Position numbers and translations under genes: made by a program
Source: an uncultured cyanobacterium
GTDB lineage: Bacteria > Cyanobacteriota > Cyanobacteriia > Pseudanabaenales > Pseudanabaenaceae
DNA length: 64,000 nt
Reading direction: 5' to 3'
Assembly: GCA_963703315.1 (NCBI GenBank)
Contig: OY969811.1
Span: forward strand, 4,448,001 to 4,512,000
Shown: piece by piece, positions 1 to 9,300 of the stretch
How positions within the stretch are numbered: position 1 is the stretch's first letter
How the letters are laid out: each line of letters starts with the position of its first letter
The notes under the pieces: generated by a model
The model's database searches: none
Seen by the model: only the letters and a program-made list of their open reading frames with translations
What the model was told of the DNA's origin: nothing

Positions 1-2
1 CA

Positions 3-563
3 TCAAGAAAGATTGATACGAGAGAAGTTAAACAGAGATTTTTAATTGTCTGTGAGGGAGAAAAAACAGAACCTAACTACTTTAGAAGTTTTCGTGTCCC
101 TAAAAATGTCATAGATGTACGTGGAGTTGGAGAAAATCCAAGTAGATTAGTTCAAAGTGCCATAGATCTAAAAAATCAAGATGAATATGATCAAGTTTGG
201 TGTGTATTTGATCGCGATGATTGGTCTGAACATGATTTTAATAACGCCATTAAAAATGCCAAAAAGGAAGGCTTTGAAGTCGCATATTCTAATGAAGCAT
301 TTGAATTATGGTATCTCCTCCATTTTGAATTTCTAAGCACGGGGATTCCTCGCAGAGACTACATCCTGAAATTAAACTCTTTCCTAGGACATAGATACAA
401 GAAAAATAGCGAGTCCATCTATGATGAATTATTGGAGAAACAATCTACTGCTATTAAAAATGCTGAAAATCTTGTCAAAGAATATAATCCTCATGTTCCA
501 TCGAGAGATAATCCATCTACAGCGGTGCATTTGTTAATCAAAGAACTCAATAAATTTATTTAG
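3..563 (+). CDS. rloB: RloB-family protein (5'-truncated by window edge; not in supplied ORF track)
   Basis: Manual translation from nt 3 gives ...RFLIVCEGEKTEPNYF...VWCVFDRD...AYSNEAFELWYLLHF...NPSTAVHLLI..., ending at TAG 561-563. These are the RloB (TOPRIM-like) motifs. Confidence 0.85.
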   Translation, partial: SRKIDTREVKQRFLIVCEGEKTEPNYFRSFRVPKNVIDVRGVGENPSRLVQSAIDLKNQDEYDQVWCVFDRDDWSEHDFNNAIKNAKKEGFEVAYSNEAFELWYLLHFEFLSTGIPRRDYILKLNSFLGHRYKKNSESIYDELLEKQSTAIKNAENLVKEYNPHVPSRDNPSTAVHLLIKELNKFI

Positions 564-682
564 CGATCGCCTGATTCACAGAATTAAGCGCTCAATCGCA
601 TCATATTATAGTGACTTTTGCATGAATAATATAAGACAAAGATTGGTGGTGTAATTTGTCTTAGCAAGTAATATAACTAGAA

Positions 683-1815
683 TAGGACTTACGCATTGAC
701 AGAAATAGCGAGATATGAAGTCAAACTGAGACAGATTGTGTGAGATTTTCCAAGATAAATTGACGAATGACAGGTATAAATAAATCCCTCGATACCTGAT
801 ACAAATTATCGATTAAGCCATCAATTCGCATCTTTTGTAACTTGGCAAAAGCACGGAGGGAGCAAAAGAAATGATTACGAATCGCTTGTGTATCCCTGAC
901 CTGAAAGCGCTCAATATTACAAACTTGCTTGATAACCCTGTGGAAACATTCAATTTGCCAATGTCTGTCATGGACTTGTTTGAACTCTATGCGAGTGAGT
1001 TGTTTGAGTGCTTCTAAATCTTGGAGGTGAAGGATGTAATATCGAGCTTCGTTTTTGAAGTCCTGACGAAACACCTTGACCCAGCCGAATTCTTTGAGAT
1101 AGACCACTAACCCACTATCAGTAATCTCCAAGGTTTGTATCTGAACTTCTTTGCCTTGTTCTTGAGAAACTTTACGATTGTTGGCAACTCCAACTAGAAA
1201 ACCTACCCCCTCGTTTCTGAGGAATTTCAGATTCTCAAGACTTGCATACCAACTATCACCCGTCACCCAATTCGGCTTCAGACCCCAGTCTCGGATTTGT
1301 CTCATCATCTCTAAAAAATAGTCGTTTTTAGTCTTGCCCTCCTGTTTATCATAAATCCGAAAGTTCACTGGATATGCGTTTCCTGCTATATCGGTGTAAT
1401 ACAAGGTAATCAGGTTGAGACCCTTAACGGTTCGTTTGTGTTTCCCTGACCAAAAGTATCCCAATAACTCTGTTCTTTTGAGGTCACGGTAAGGCTTATC
1501 CACGACACTATCATCAATACTCGCTGTTCCTCCTTCAAAAATAAGTTCCCCTTTCACCTCGTCAAACAAGTCTTGGGGTGTGTAATTTTCCCGCAATAAA
1601 AAACGGTTCACACTGTCGTGACTCAACTCTGACATGATCTCCGCTAGGCGCAGACAACTCACATACTTTGGTTCAGCCAGCAAATATAAAGTGTAGAGGT
1701 TGCAATTACACTTAGCTGTTGAGGGTTTTGACTGTTCTCTCACTCCAACACCATCAGATAAACGCTTGCTTTACAATCATCATATCTTTACTATTTTGTC
1801 AATGCGTAAGTCCTA
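683..1815 (-). mobile_element. IS701-family insertion sequence, apparently complete (1133 bp)
   Basis: Terminal inverted repeats TAGGACTTACGCATTGACA from 683 and TGTCAATGCGTAAGTCCTA ending 1815. 5-bp direct repeat TAGAA at 678-682 and 1816-1820. One DDE transposase ORF inside. Confidence 0.88.
721..1743 (-). CDS. IS701-family DDE transposase
   Basis: Motifs SHDSVNRFL, IDDSVVDKPY, WSGKHKRTVKG, VTGDSWY, RHWQIECFHRVIKQ; flanked by TIRs. Confidence 0.88.
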   Translation of the reverse strand: MREQSKPSTAKCNCNLYTLYLLAEPKYVSCLRLAEIMSELSHDSVNRFLLRENYTPQDLFDEVKGELIFEGGTASIDDSVVDKPYRDLKRTELLGYFWSGKHKRTVKGLNLITLYYTDIAGNAYPVNFRIYDKQEGKTKNDYFLEMMRQIRDWGLKPNWVTGDSWYASLENLKFLRNEGVGFLVGVANNRKVSQEQGKEVQIQTLEITDSGLVVYLKEFGWVKVFRQDFKNEARYYILHLQDLEALKQLTRIEFKQVHDRHWQIECFHRVIKQVCNIERFQVRDTQAIRNHFFCSLRAFAKLQKMRIDGLIDNLYQVSRDLFIPVIRQFILENLTQSVSV

Positions 1816-1868
1816 TAGAAATCTATATTATTAGGAATTGCCTGCGCTAAGATAGAGCAAAAACTGAT

Positions 1869-3113
1869 ATGTCAAATAGTTCTAGCGATCGCCGCCAACG
1901 TAGTTCTAAATCCAAAAAAGTTTCGCGACTCAAACGCTTTTTTAAATGGTTAGAATGGCGATTTGCGACACCAGAATTTATTGGGGGAATGTATAGTGCT
2001 TTAACAGTGTTCTTCTTTATGGCGGCGACTAATACCCTTGCGGGTTGGTTGTATGTGATTAGTGGCGTGAGTTTTGCGCTGTTGATTGTGGGGGCGGTGA
2101 TGCCCAAGAGGTTACTGGCAGAAATCGTGGTAGGGCGATCGCCGATTGATCCTGTCAGTGTTGGCGATGATTTATGGATCGATTTGATTATTCAGAATAC
2201 AGGTCGAACGGAGAAGCGGTTATTGGAAGTGCGCGATATTTTGCCAGAGGGTATTTCCAATATTTTGCAGCAAGAAGTAGTCATTGAGTTAATTGCACCG
2301 CTTCAGGAATATCGCTGGACTTACGAAGCCCCAACCACAAAACGCGGCGTGTTTTTATTTCGATCTACAGAAATTGCGACTTCCAGTCCATTAGGTCTAT
2401 TTCGGAGTCGTCGCGCCTGTCCATCAGGGCAGAAGGCGATCGTTTATCCTACTGTACTGCCCTTAGATCGTTGTCCCCTAGTTGATCAATTGGGAAGTGA
2501 TACCAATCCTCGCCAGTATAGTGATGATCAGATTTATAGTAATGCGACAGAAGGCTTAACGAAGACCTTGCGTCCCTATCGCTGGGGTGATCCGACCCGA
2601 CTAATCCATTGGCGAACTAGTGCTAAATTTGGCGAATTGCGGGTGCGTGAATTGGAAGTTACCATCGGTGGTCAAGAAGTGGCGATCGCCCTTGATACTT
2701 CTACAGGATGGCAATCTGAAGCCTTTGAGGAGGCAGTAGTGGCGGCGGCTTCTCTCTACTTCTACGCGCAGAAATCGAAGTTGAGTGTTAGGCTGTGGAC
2801 ATCAGACACAGGGATCGTACAGAGCGATCGCGCTGTATTAGAAACTCTTGCCGCCGCAAATATTTCTGATGCCGCAACCAAAGTCGATCTGCTGAAGGAT
2901 TTGCCTGATTTACCTGTGGTGTGGCTGTCTCATCGTAATGACAGTATCGCCTATCTGCCCTTTGGGAGTCGCTGGGTACTATGGCAAAATTCTGCAAAAG
3001 TAAATATTCCCAATCAGCGATCGCTAGGTTTAACAATTGAAACTATTTCTGATCCTGATGACGCAAGTTATAGGTCTTTGCGATCTCAACTTCAAGAATA
3101 TTTAATGCCATAG
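1869..3113 (+). CDS. DUF58 domain membrane protein
   Basis: N-terminal TM helices; LRPYRWGDPTRLIHWRTSAKFGELRVRE signature of DUF58. Confidence 0.85.
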   Translation: MSNSSSDRRQRSSKSKKVSRLKRFFKWLEWRFATPEFIGGMYSALTVFFFMAATNTLAGWLYVISGVSFALLIVGAVMPKRLLAEIVVGRSPIDPVSVGDDLWIDLIIQNTGRTEKRLLEVRDILPEGISNILQQEVVIELIAPLQEYRWTYEAPTTKRGVFLFRSTEIATSSPLGLFRSRRACPSGQKAIVYPTVLPLDRCPLVDQLGSDTNPRQYSDDQIYSNATEGLTKTLRPYRWGDPTRLIHWRTSAKFGELRVRELEVTIGGQEVAIALDTSTGWQSEAFEEAVVAAASLYFYAQKSKLSVRLWTSDTGIVQSDRAVLETLAAANISDAATKVDLLKDLPDLPVVWLSHRNDSIAYLPFGSRWVLWQNSAKVNIPNQRSLGLTIETISDPDDASYRSLRSQLQEYLMP

Positions 3114-3195
3114 TTCCCAACTTCAAAGGCAAGATCTCCGACTTTTTCTGTGAATAACGCTAAGTACAGGACAAAAATCTGCAAACAATTTTGAC

Positions 3196-3267
3196 GTAGG
3201 GGTAGAGCATTTGCGCCACAATTTCTCAACTTTTCGCTAGAATCTCGATCCGCAAATGCTCTACCCT
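3196..3267. repeat. GTAG-type REP doublet (REPIN-like inverted pair)
   Basis: GTAGGGGTAGAGCATTTGCG ... CGCAAATGCTCTACCCT. Related copies at 36790-36859 and 36901-36980. Confidence 0.6.
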
Positions 3268-3341
3268 TTCCGCAGTTGAGGATTAGCCTGCGATTGCGTT
3301 AAGTTTAGGGCAGAGCATTCCTGTGTATAAATACAAGCTTC

Positions 3342-4517
3342 TTACAAATTCTCATATAAGTCGGCAATGATGATGTTAGAGAATAACCAGCCATCGGGAG
3401 CAATTAACATGATCCGAATATCTTCTGATTGCTCCACAAATTTGACCCAATGCTTTGCTTGATAAGGATTGAGAATCTGTAAGGCGCGATCGCAAAGTTC
3501 CTTTCCATACCTTAATTGCAGTGCATTTAAACTTAACCCTGCTGCTAAGCGTAAACCCTGCATCAGCGTATCCATTAACTCTTCTCTGTCATCAATTACA
3601 GGAACCGTGAAGCCTATGCCTGACTCTTGCCATTGCGCGATCGCCTCTAGATATTCACGCATCTTCCGAGGACGATCAATTCTTTGACGATTGATATAAC
3701 TAGTTGCGCCCATACCCATGCCATAAAAGGGTTGGTTGTACCAATAGGTCAAATTATGCTGTGCTTGATAGCCAGATTTCGCGTAGTTCGAGATTTCATA
3801 ATGCTCATAACCCATAGAGGGCAGCAACTCATGGGCGGTGACATACATGGCAACGGTACGATCTTCGGTGGGTAATGGCTGATCCCCAGCTTGATAGCGC
3901 TTTCCAAAGGCAGTTCCTTCTTCGATAGTCAAATCATAAATTGATAGATGGGTGGGATGGAGAGCGATCGCCTCTTGTAGCGACTCTTGCCAATCCGTCA
4001 TCGTTTGATGGGGTAATCCTGAAATTAAATCTAAACTGAAGTTCTCGAAACCGACCTGTTGAATCGCATCCACTGCTTCATAAATTTCCGCAACGCTGTG
4101 ACCACGACCACAGACATCTAATAACTCTTGCTGAAAAGCCTGTGCGCCCAAACTGATGCGATTTACGCCCAAATTGCGATAACCTTGCAAACTCTCGACA
4201 CTCACAGTTCCTGCATTAGCTTCGAGGGATATTTCCGCATGAGGGGCGATCGCGAAGTATTTGGCGATCGTTTCTAGAATTTGCTCAAGCTGCTGGACTG
4301 ATAATAATGATGGCGTACCACCACCAAAAAAGATCGTTTGCAACGGCTCAACGGGCGGAATTTCCGCCACAGTCAGCGCAATTTCTTGACACAGCACATC
4401 TACATATTGTTGTTTGAGATTCTCACCACCTGTCGTAATTGCGAAGTCACAATAAAAACAGCGTCGTTTACAAAAAGGAATATGCAGATATAGAGATTTG
4501 GGGAGGATTTGATTCAC
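3342..4517 (-). CDS. hemW: Radical SAM heme chaperone HemW (HemN-like)
   Basis: LYLHIPFCKRRCFYCDF (CxxxCxxC), FFGGGTPS, HYEISNYA, HNLTYW. Confidence 0.9.
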   Translation of the reverse strand: MNQILPKSLYLHIPFCKRRCFYCDFAITTGGENLKQQYVDVLCQEIALTVAEIPPVEPLQTIFFGGGTPSLLSVQQLEQILETIAKYFAIAPHAEISLEANAGTVSVESLQGYRNLGVNRISLGAQAFQQELLDVCGRGHSVAEIYEAVDAIQQVGFENFSLDLISGLPHQTMTDWQESLQEAIALHPTHLSIYDLTIEEGTAFGKRYQAGDQPLPTEDRTVAMYVTAHELLPSMGYEHYEISNYAKSGYQAQHNLTYWYNQPFYGMGMGATSYINRQRIDRPRKMREYLEAIAQWQESGIGFTVPVIDDREELMDTLMQGLRLAAGLSLNALQLRYGKELCDRALQILNPYQAKHWVKFVEQSEDIRIMLIAPDGWLFSNIIIADLYENL

Positions 4518-4536
4518 AGGCTTGAGGATATCACAA

Positions 4537-4573
4537 ATTAGTGAGGGCGCGGCTTCGCCGCGCCCTCACTAAT
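4537..4573. repeat. Intergenic palindrome, GC-core/triloop family
   Basis: ATTAGTGAGGGCGCGGC-TTC-GCCGCGCCCTCACTAAT, perfect 17-bp stem. Confidence 0.85.
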
Positions 4574-4575
4574 CT

Positions 4576-5211
4576 TTAAGGATGGACTTGTCCTAAGATT
4601 GCACCGAGGCGATCGTAGTCATCTTTGAGTAAAATACTGAGCTTGCGTCCTGCTTGAACTAACCAATTGCGATCGCATTTTCTGACTTGATAGACATTGC
4701 GTAATACTGCCGCAATTAGCTCATCCACAGGCGCATTAGCCATTTGCACTAGGGTTCTCAAAAAATTTAACTCTTCCGTAAAGTTCTCAATTTCTGACTC
4801 TTCACAAGCATAGACGGCTTGATGGATTTGTGGTGGTTGCGAAGGTAAATGTTGATAGATATTGCCAATGGAGCTAAACCCCAGTAACACGACTTTAATT
4901 TCCGAACGGAGCATTGCAAAGATTTGAGGCTGCTGCTCGCGTAACTCTTGGAGACTCAAGCCTAGAGCTACAGCCCGATGTACTGAATCAATCGGTGCGG
5001 TAGTAGCATGATAAACCACACCATAGGAAATGATCGCGCTATTTTCATCCTGTTGCGACTTCACCCAACTTCCAAAAGCTGGCATCAATGGAAAATCGAG
5101 ATTATTCGGCTCAAGACATTGAGCCAAAAACTCGGTAGTGGAAGTTGCGACTACTTCTGCCAGATGATTGGGATGGCGATCGCGGTTAGATGGATTTGCA
5201 GGTAAGAGCAT
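4576..5211 (-). CDS. HAS-barrel domain protein (conserved cyanobacterial)
   Basis: AEVVATSTTEFLAQC, PAFGSWV, ALGLSLQELREQQPQIF, YQHLPSQPPQIH resemble the stand-alone HAS-barrel family. Confidence 0.7.
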   Translation of the reverse strand: MLLPANPSNRDRHPNHLAEVVATSTTEFLAQCLEPNNLDFPLMPAFGSWVKSQQDENSAIISYGVVYHATTAPIDSVHRAVALGLSLQELREQQPQIFAMLRSEIKVVLLGFSSIGNIYQHLPSQPPQIHQAVYACEESEIENFTEELNFLRTLVQMANAPVDELIAAVLRNVYQVRKCDRNWLVQAGRKLSILLKDDYDRLGAILGQVHP

Positions 5212-5269
5212 GAATTACAGCATGAAGTTAAATTAATAATAATTTCCCTCGCGGAGCGAGGGAAATTAT

Positions 5270-5716
5270 TTAAATATCAAATACGCTATCAGCAGATCTC
5301 CTACCGCCCCAGCGTTTCACGATTTCATCATCATAGATATCGGCACTTTCTAAAACCTCAGTTAATGCCAGTTTAAATTCGTTTTGTTGACAAGAAGTAC
5401 CCAGCAAAGTCACATGAAATCTGATATCACCTTCATCTTCCATGCTAAATCCGCCAAAGCGAAAATGATTATTTTGTTTAAGAAGATATAGCAATAAATC
5501 AGTGTGAACTTCTACACCTGTGGCAACATAAGCCCAAATATAAATAATTGATTCTATTTGCTGAAAGAGACGGATTTCCACAAGCACGGTGGCGGAACCA
5601 AACTGCAAACTAAAGATGGGACTATCAGCTAATGAACTGGCTCGATCGCAAAGTTCGGGTAGCCAATTAGCTACTTTTTGATAACAGTCTTGCTGTGCCT
5701 CGGTGACAAACTTCAC
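5270..5716 (-). CDS. YbjN / type III secretion chaperone-like domain protein (paralog 2)
   Basis: GSATV, YVATG, DLLLYLLKQN..FRFGGFSMEDEGDI, ADIYDDEIVKRWGG. Confidence 0.75.
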   Translation of the reverse strand: MKFVTEAQQDCYQKVANWLPELCDRASSLADSPIFSLQFGSATVLVEIRLFQQIESIIYIWAYVATGVEVHTDLLLYLLKQNNHFRFGGFSMEDEGDIRFHVTLLGTSCQQNEFKLALTEVLESADIYDDEIVKRWGGRRSADSVFDI

Positions 5717-5783
5717 GCCTAAAACTTAACCACTAAATAAAAACTCTTAAGAGTTTACCGCAATCTTATTGTTTCAAACATGA

Positions 5784-5897
5784 CATAGCAAAGAAAGTTT
5801 TGCTGAGGACATAAAACCAGCAGTGAATAGCTACACTTATCGCCGCCCCTCACTTCTGGGATTTTGATTGGTAATAGCTAACTCTTGCTTTGCTATA
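5784..5897. mobile_element. ~115-bp MITE-like element (ATAGCAAAG...CTTTGCTAT ends), degenerate copy
   Basis: Aligns along its length with the reverse complement of 41047-41161; the central hairpin has decayed. Confidence 0.7.
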
Positions 5898-5951
5898 TTT
5901 TAAGTTAAAGATCGTTTAAGACTTCTGCAAGAATGACGTAAAAGATTGATT

Positions 5952-6395
5952 TTAAAGACTCCGATCTAGCGCCCTCTCTCCACCCCAAGTTTCCATAATC
6001 GCATCATCATATTTGTCAGCCGTTTGCAGGACGGAGGATACTGAGGTTTGCAATTCATCGCGATCGCAAGTTGAACCCACTAAGGTCGTATGAAAACGAA
6101 TATCGCCATCATCGTCGATACTAAAAACCCCAAACTGAAGTTCAGAATTCTTTTTAAGTAAAAATTTCATTAGATCTTGAGTGATCTCGGCTCCTGTCAC
6201 CACATAAGACCAAGTGGAAATGATCGCTTCAGTGTTTCCCCAAGGCAAGACCTCTACAGTTGCCGTCGCTGAGCCGAGGGGCAAAATAAACACAGGCATA
6301 TCGTAGGGAGGCGAATACACATTTTCATATAAGTCATTCAACCAAGGCTGAATCTTTTCATAACAAGCTTGCTGTACGGGTGTCTCGAATTTCAT
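5952..6395 (-). CDS. YbjN / type III secretion chaperone-like domain protein (paralog 1)
   Basis: Same motifs as 5270-5716: GSATATVEV, SYVVTGA, FGVFSIDDDGDI, ADKYDD..WGG. Confidence 0.78.
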   Translation of the reverse strand: MKFETPVQQACYEKIQPWLNDLYENVYSPPYDMPVFILPLGSATATVEVLPWGNTEAIISTWSYVVTGAEITQDLMKFLLKKNSELQFGVFSIDDDGDIRFHTTLVGSTCDRDELQTSVSSVLQTADKYDDAIMETWGGERALDRSL

Positions 6396-6561
6396 TGCAG
6401 TACCTAAGATTTCAGTCTTGATTCTATCTGCCTAAATGTAACGATTCTGATTGATAAACTTTAGCATCATTAATGTCTCTAAAATGTGTCTAAAATATCT
6501 CTAACTGCGCTTATCCCAACAAGAGAGTTGCGGTGCAAAGCGCCGCAACTCTCTTGTTAAC

Positions 6562-7917
6562 TTAACGTGGTTTCATGCTGCTGATCTTTTGCGATCTGAG
6601 ATATTGTTCAGGGCGATCGGGATCAAAAGTGGCGTTGTCAAAAAAGGTTTCAATGCCGCGTGAAGTCGCAATGGGAATATTCGTGTCAGGTACACCGATC
6701 GCTTTGGCGGCATTTTTCCACAGGTCTTCACGATTCACAGCATTGATTATTTCTGTTGTCTCGATCGCATTAGGCAAAAATCCCCATCGACGATATTCCG
6801 TTAAAAACCATAGGTCATGACTCTTATAGGGATAGGAAGCAGAAATGCCATCATTTGACCAATATTTAATCGGGAACCGCGAAGCATTCAAGTTATCGAT
6901 CTTGAGGATGCCATTTTTCTGTTTAGGACTGTTTTTAAATAGTTCTGAAAACATTTTCATCGGTTCGGAAATGAGATTTCTCCCATCCGTAAAACTTAAA
7001 GCTAGCAAGGTATTTAACTCGATCGCATTCGCAGGATTATCACACCAGATCTGCGCTTCCATAATTGCTTGCAATATTGCTTGAGTCGAGATGGGATATT
7101 TATCGACCCAATCCGCCCGTAGCGCTAATATTTCCCCGGGATAGTTGCGCCAAATTTCGCCCGTAGCGATCGCGGGATCAGCAAGTTTCGCTTCGATTAC
7201 TTGGAATGTGCGCCAACTATCTAGACATAATAAATCAGCTTTATTTTGTTTAACTTGAGCAACGACTTCATCTAAGGGAATTCGCAGAATATCGATATTT
7301 TGTTTGGGAATGATATTCATCGAAGCTAGCCAATACCTAAGCCAGAGATCATAATTACTGCCGATTTCGGCGATCGCCCCATTCATCGGATTACCTAATA
7401 ACTTTGCCACATCTTGAAATGGCGAAAAAGGAGCGCGTTGTAATTGAATACCAAAGGGCTTTAATCTTTTTGTAGCCATGATAAAACTTCCGTGAGTATG
7501 CAAACGCATCAGCACATACATCGCGGTTTTGGTATTGTACCGCCTTGTCATCCCCTCATTCAGCAGTTCTGGTAAAGGACTATAGAAATGTCCGCCATCA
7601 ATACCATCATCATTGGAGCCTAAGACAGTGCGATCGCGGATCGCTCGCCATGATTTGAAGGGAACTAGCTCCACATCAGTCATGCCATATTTGGCGAAGA
7701 GTTTTTGACTTTTGGCAACTAAAAGCGGTGCAACTTCTAGGGAGGGGATAATCCCTAAACGCACAGATTGAACTTCAGGAATATCCGAAATCGCTGCGTA
7801 ATTAGCAAGCTGCAATGAATTAGTTGGCAAAGAGTTGGACGTACAGTTATTAAGCAATACTGTACTTGCAGCCATACCCGCCGTTGCCAGAAATTTGCGT
7901 CTGGAAAGTTGATTCAT
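6562..7917 (-). CDS. NrtA/CmpA-family ABC substrate-binding lipoprotein (orphan)
   Basis: Likely start ATG 7917 (MNQLSRRKFL, Tat motif, lipobox-like LNNC). ASYPYKSHDLWFLTE and TSRGIETFFD..FDPDRPEQYL are NrtA/CmpA C-terminal motifs. Confidence 0.85.
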   Translation of the reverse strand: MNQLSRRKFLATAGMAASTVLLNNCTSNSLPTNSLQLANYAAISDIPEVQSVRLGIIPSLEVAPLLVAKSQKLFAKYGMTDVELVPFKSWRAIRDRTVLGSNDDGIDGGHFYSPLPELLNEGMTRRYNTKTAMYVLMRLHTHGSFIMATKRLKPFGIQLQRAPFSPFQDVAKLLGNPMNGAIAEIGSNYDLWLRYWLASMNIIPKQNIDILRIPLDEVVAQVKQNKADLLCLDSWRTFQVIEAKLADPAIATGEIWRNYPGEILALRADWVDKYPISTQAILQAIMEAQIWCDNPANAIELNTLLALSFTDGRNLISEPMKMFSELFKNSPKQKNGILKIDNLNASRFPIKYWSNDGISASYPYKSHDLWFLTEYRRWGFLPNAIETTEIINAVNREDLWKNAAKAIGVPDTNIPIATSRGIETFFDNATFDPDRPEQYLRSQKISSMKPR

Positions 7918-8002
7918 AGTGTTTGACAAGCAACACTTTAAAGAAAGATATTTGGCGCGGCGAAGCCGCGCCAAATATCTTTCTTTATTTTACTGTGAGT
8001 TT

Positions 8003-9112
8003 CTAAGCTAAAAAGGAATGCACTATCTCTAGGATACGCTGACTAGATTTACCATCGCCAAAGGGATTAGCCACATTTGCCATCTGCTCATAAGCGGCGC
8101 GATCGCTCAATAACCTAGAAGCAGCCGCCACAATATCTTCAGTTTCTGTGCCAACTAATTTACTTGTCCCTGCGGCGATCGCCTCTGGTCGTTCCGTAGT
8201 AGAGCGTAATACTAAAACAGGTTTACCGAGACTCGGTGCTTCCTCTTGCAAGCCCCCTGAATCGCTCATGATCAAGTAACACCTTTGCATCGCCGCCACT
8301 AGTTGCTCATAATCAAGGGGTTCCACTAAGAAAATGCGAGGATGATTACCTAGCTTTGCCATTAATGGTTCACGCACCACAGGATTGAGATGCATCGGTA
8401 ACACCAAAGCCACATCAGGAAAATCTGTCAAGATTTTGAGCCATGCTTGGATAATCTGCTGCAATGGTTCCCCCCAGTTTTCGCGGCGATGCACCGTTGC
8501 CAAAATCACCCGATGGGATGACCAATCTAAACCACTAATCTCGCATATAGGCGATCGCCCCGATACATACAACAGCGCATCAATTACCGTATTGCCCGTA
8601 TGGTGAATGCCAGTTTTGACACCTGAAACTTGGAGATTTAACACTGAGGCAAGGGTGGGTGCAAAATGAAGCTGAGCAATTTGAGAAACGAGGCGACGAT
8701 TTGCTTCTTCGGGAAATGGATTAAATAGATTGTCGGTACGCAGTCCTGCTTCGACATGACCGACAGGAATTTGCTGATAGAAGGCTGCCAGAGCCGCCGC
8801 AAACGCAGTAGTTGTATCACCCTGCACTAACACAATATTTGGCTGAATCTCTTGATATAACTTCTCTAAGCCGATCAAACTATTGCAAGTAATCTGAGTC
8901 AGAGTTTGCTTAGGTTGCATGATTCCCAAATCATAATCTGCTTTTATTTCAAATAACTGCATCACTTGCTCCACCATTTCCCGATGCTGCCCAGTTAAAA
9001 TCACCGAGGTTTGGAACTGGGGATTATTTCTGAATAAATGGATGATTGGTGCAAGTTTAATCGCTTCGGGACGAGTTCCTAAAGTGACGCAGACATGAAA
9101 TTGAGTTGACAA
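8003..9112 (-). CDS. wecB: UDP-N-acetylglucosamine 2-epimerase (non-hydrolysing)
   Basis: GTRPEAIKLAP, TGQHREM, VQGDTTT, HVEAGLRT, SDSGGLQEEAP, TERPE. Confidence 0.95.
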   Translation of the reverse strand: MSTQFHVCVTLGTRPEAIKLAPIIHLFRNNPQFQTSVILTGQHREMVEQVMQLFEIKADYDLGIMQPKQTLTQITCNSLIGLEKLYQEIQPNIVLVQGDTTTAFAAALAAFYQQIPVGHVEAGLRTDNLFNPFPEEANRRLVSQIAQLHFAPTLASVLNLQVSGVKTGIHHTGNTVIDALLYVSGRSPICEISGLDWSSHRVILATVHRRENWGEPLQQIIQAWLKILTDFPDVALVLPMHLNPVVREPLMAKLGNHPRIFLVEPLDYEQLVAAMQRCYLIMSDSGGLQEEAPSLGKPVLVLRSTTERPEAIAAGTSKLVGTETEDIVAAASRLLSDRAAYEQMANVANPFGDGKSSQRILEIVHSFLA

Positions 9113-9148
9113 AATATCTTTCCTAAGCAGTTTCTCAGAATATAGTTA

Positions 9149-9298
9149 TAGAACCTACGCAATAGCCCTGTAATAAATTACGGGCTGAAAGCTAAAACCC
9201 GTTGAAACGGGTTAATCAGAATCGTTTTTTAGTCTGCTTTAGCTGACTTTAGCTTTCAGACAAGAACTTAAGTTCTTGGTGTGGTTGCGTGAGTCTTA
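9149..9298. mobile_element. 150-bp MITE with degenerate copies of the IS701-type TIR and internal hairpins
   Basis: Ends TAGAACCTACGCA and TGCGTGAGTCTTA each match the IS end TAGGACTTACGCA at 11/13. Internal hairpins AGCCC..GGGCT, AACCCGTTGAAACGGGTT, CAAGAACTTAAGTTCTTG. Confidence 0.6.
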
Positions 9299-9300
9299 AA

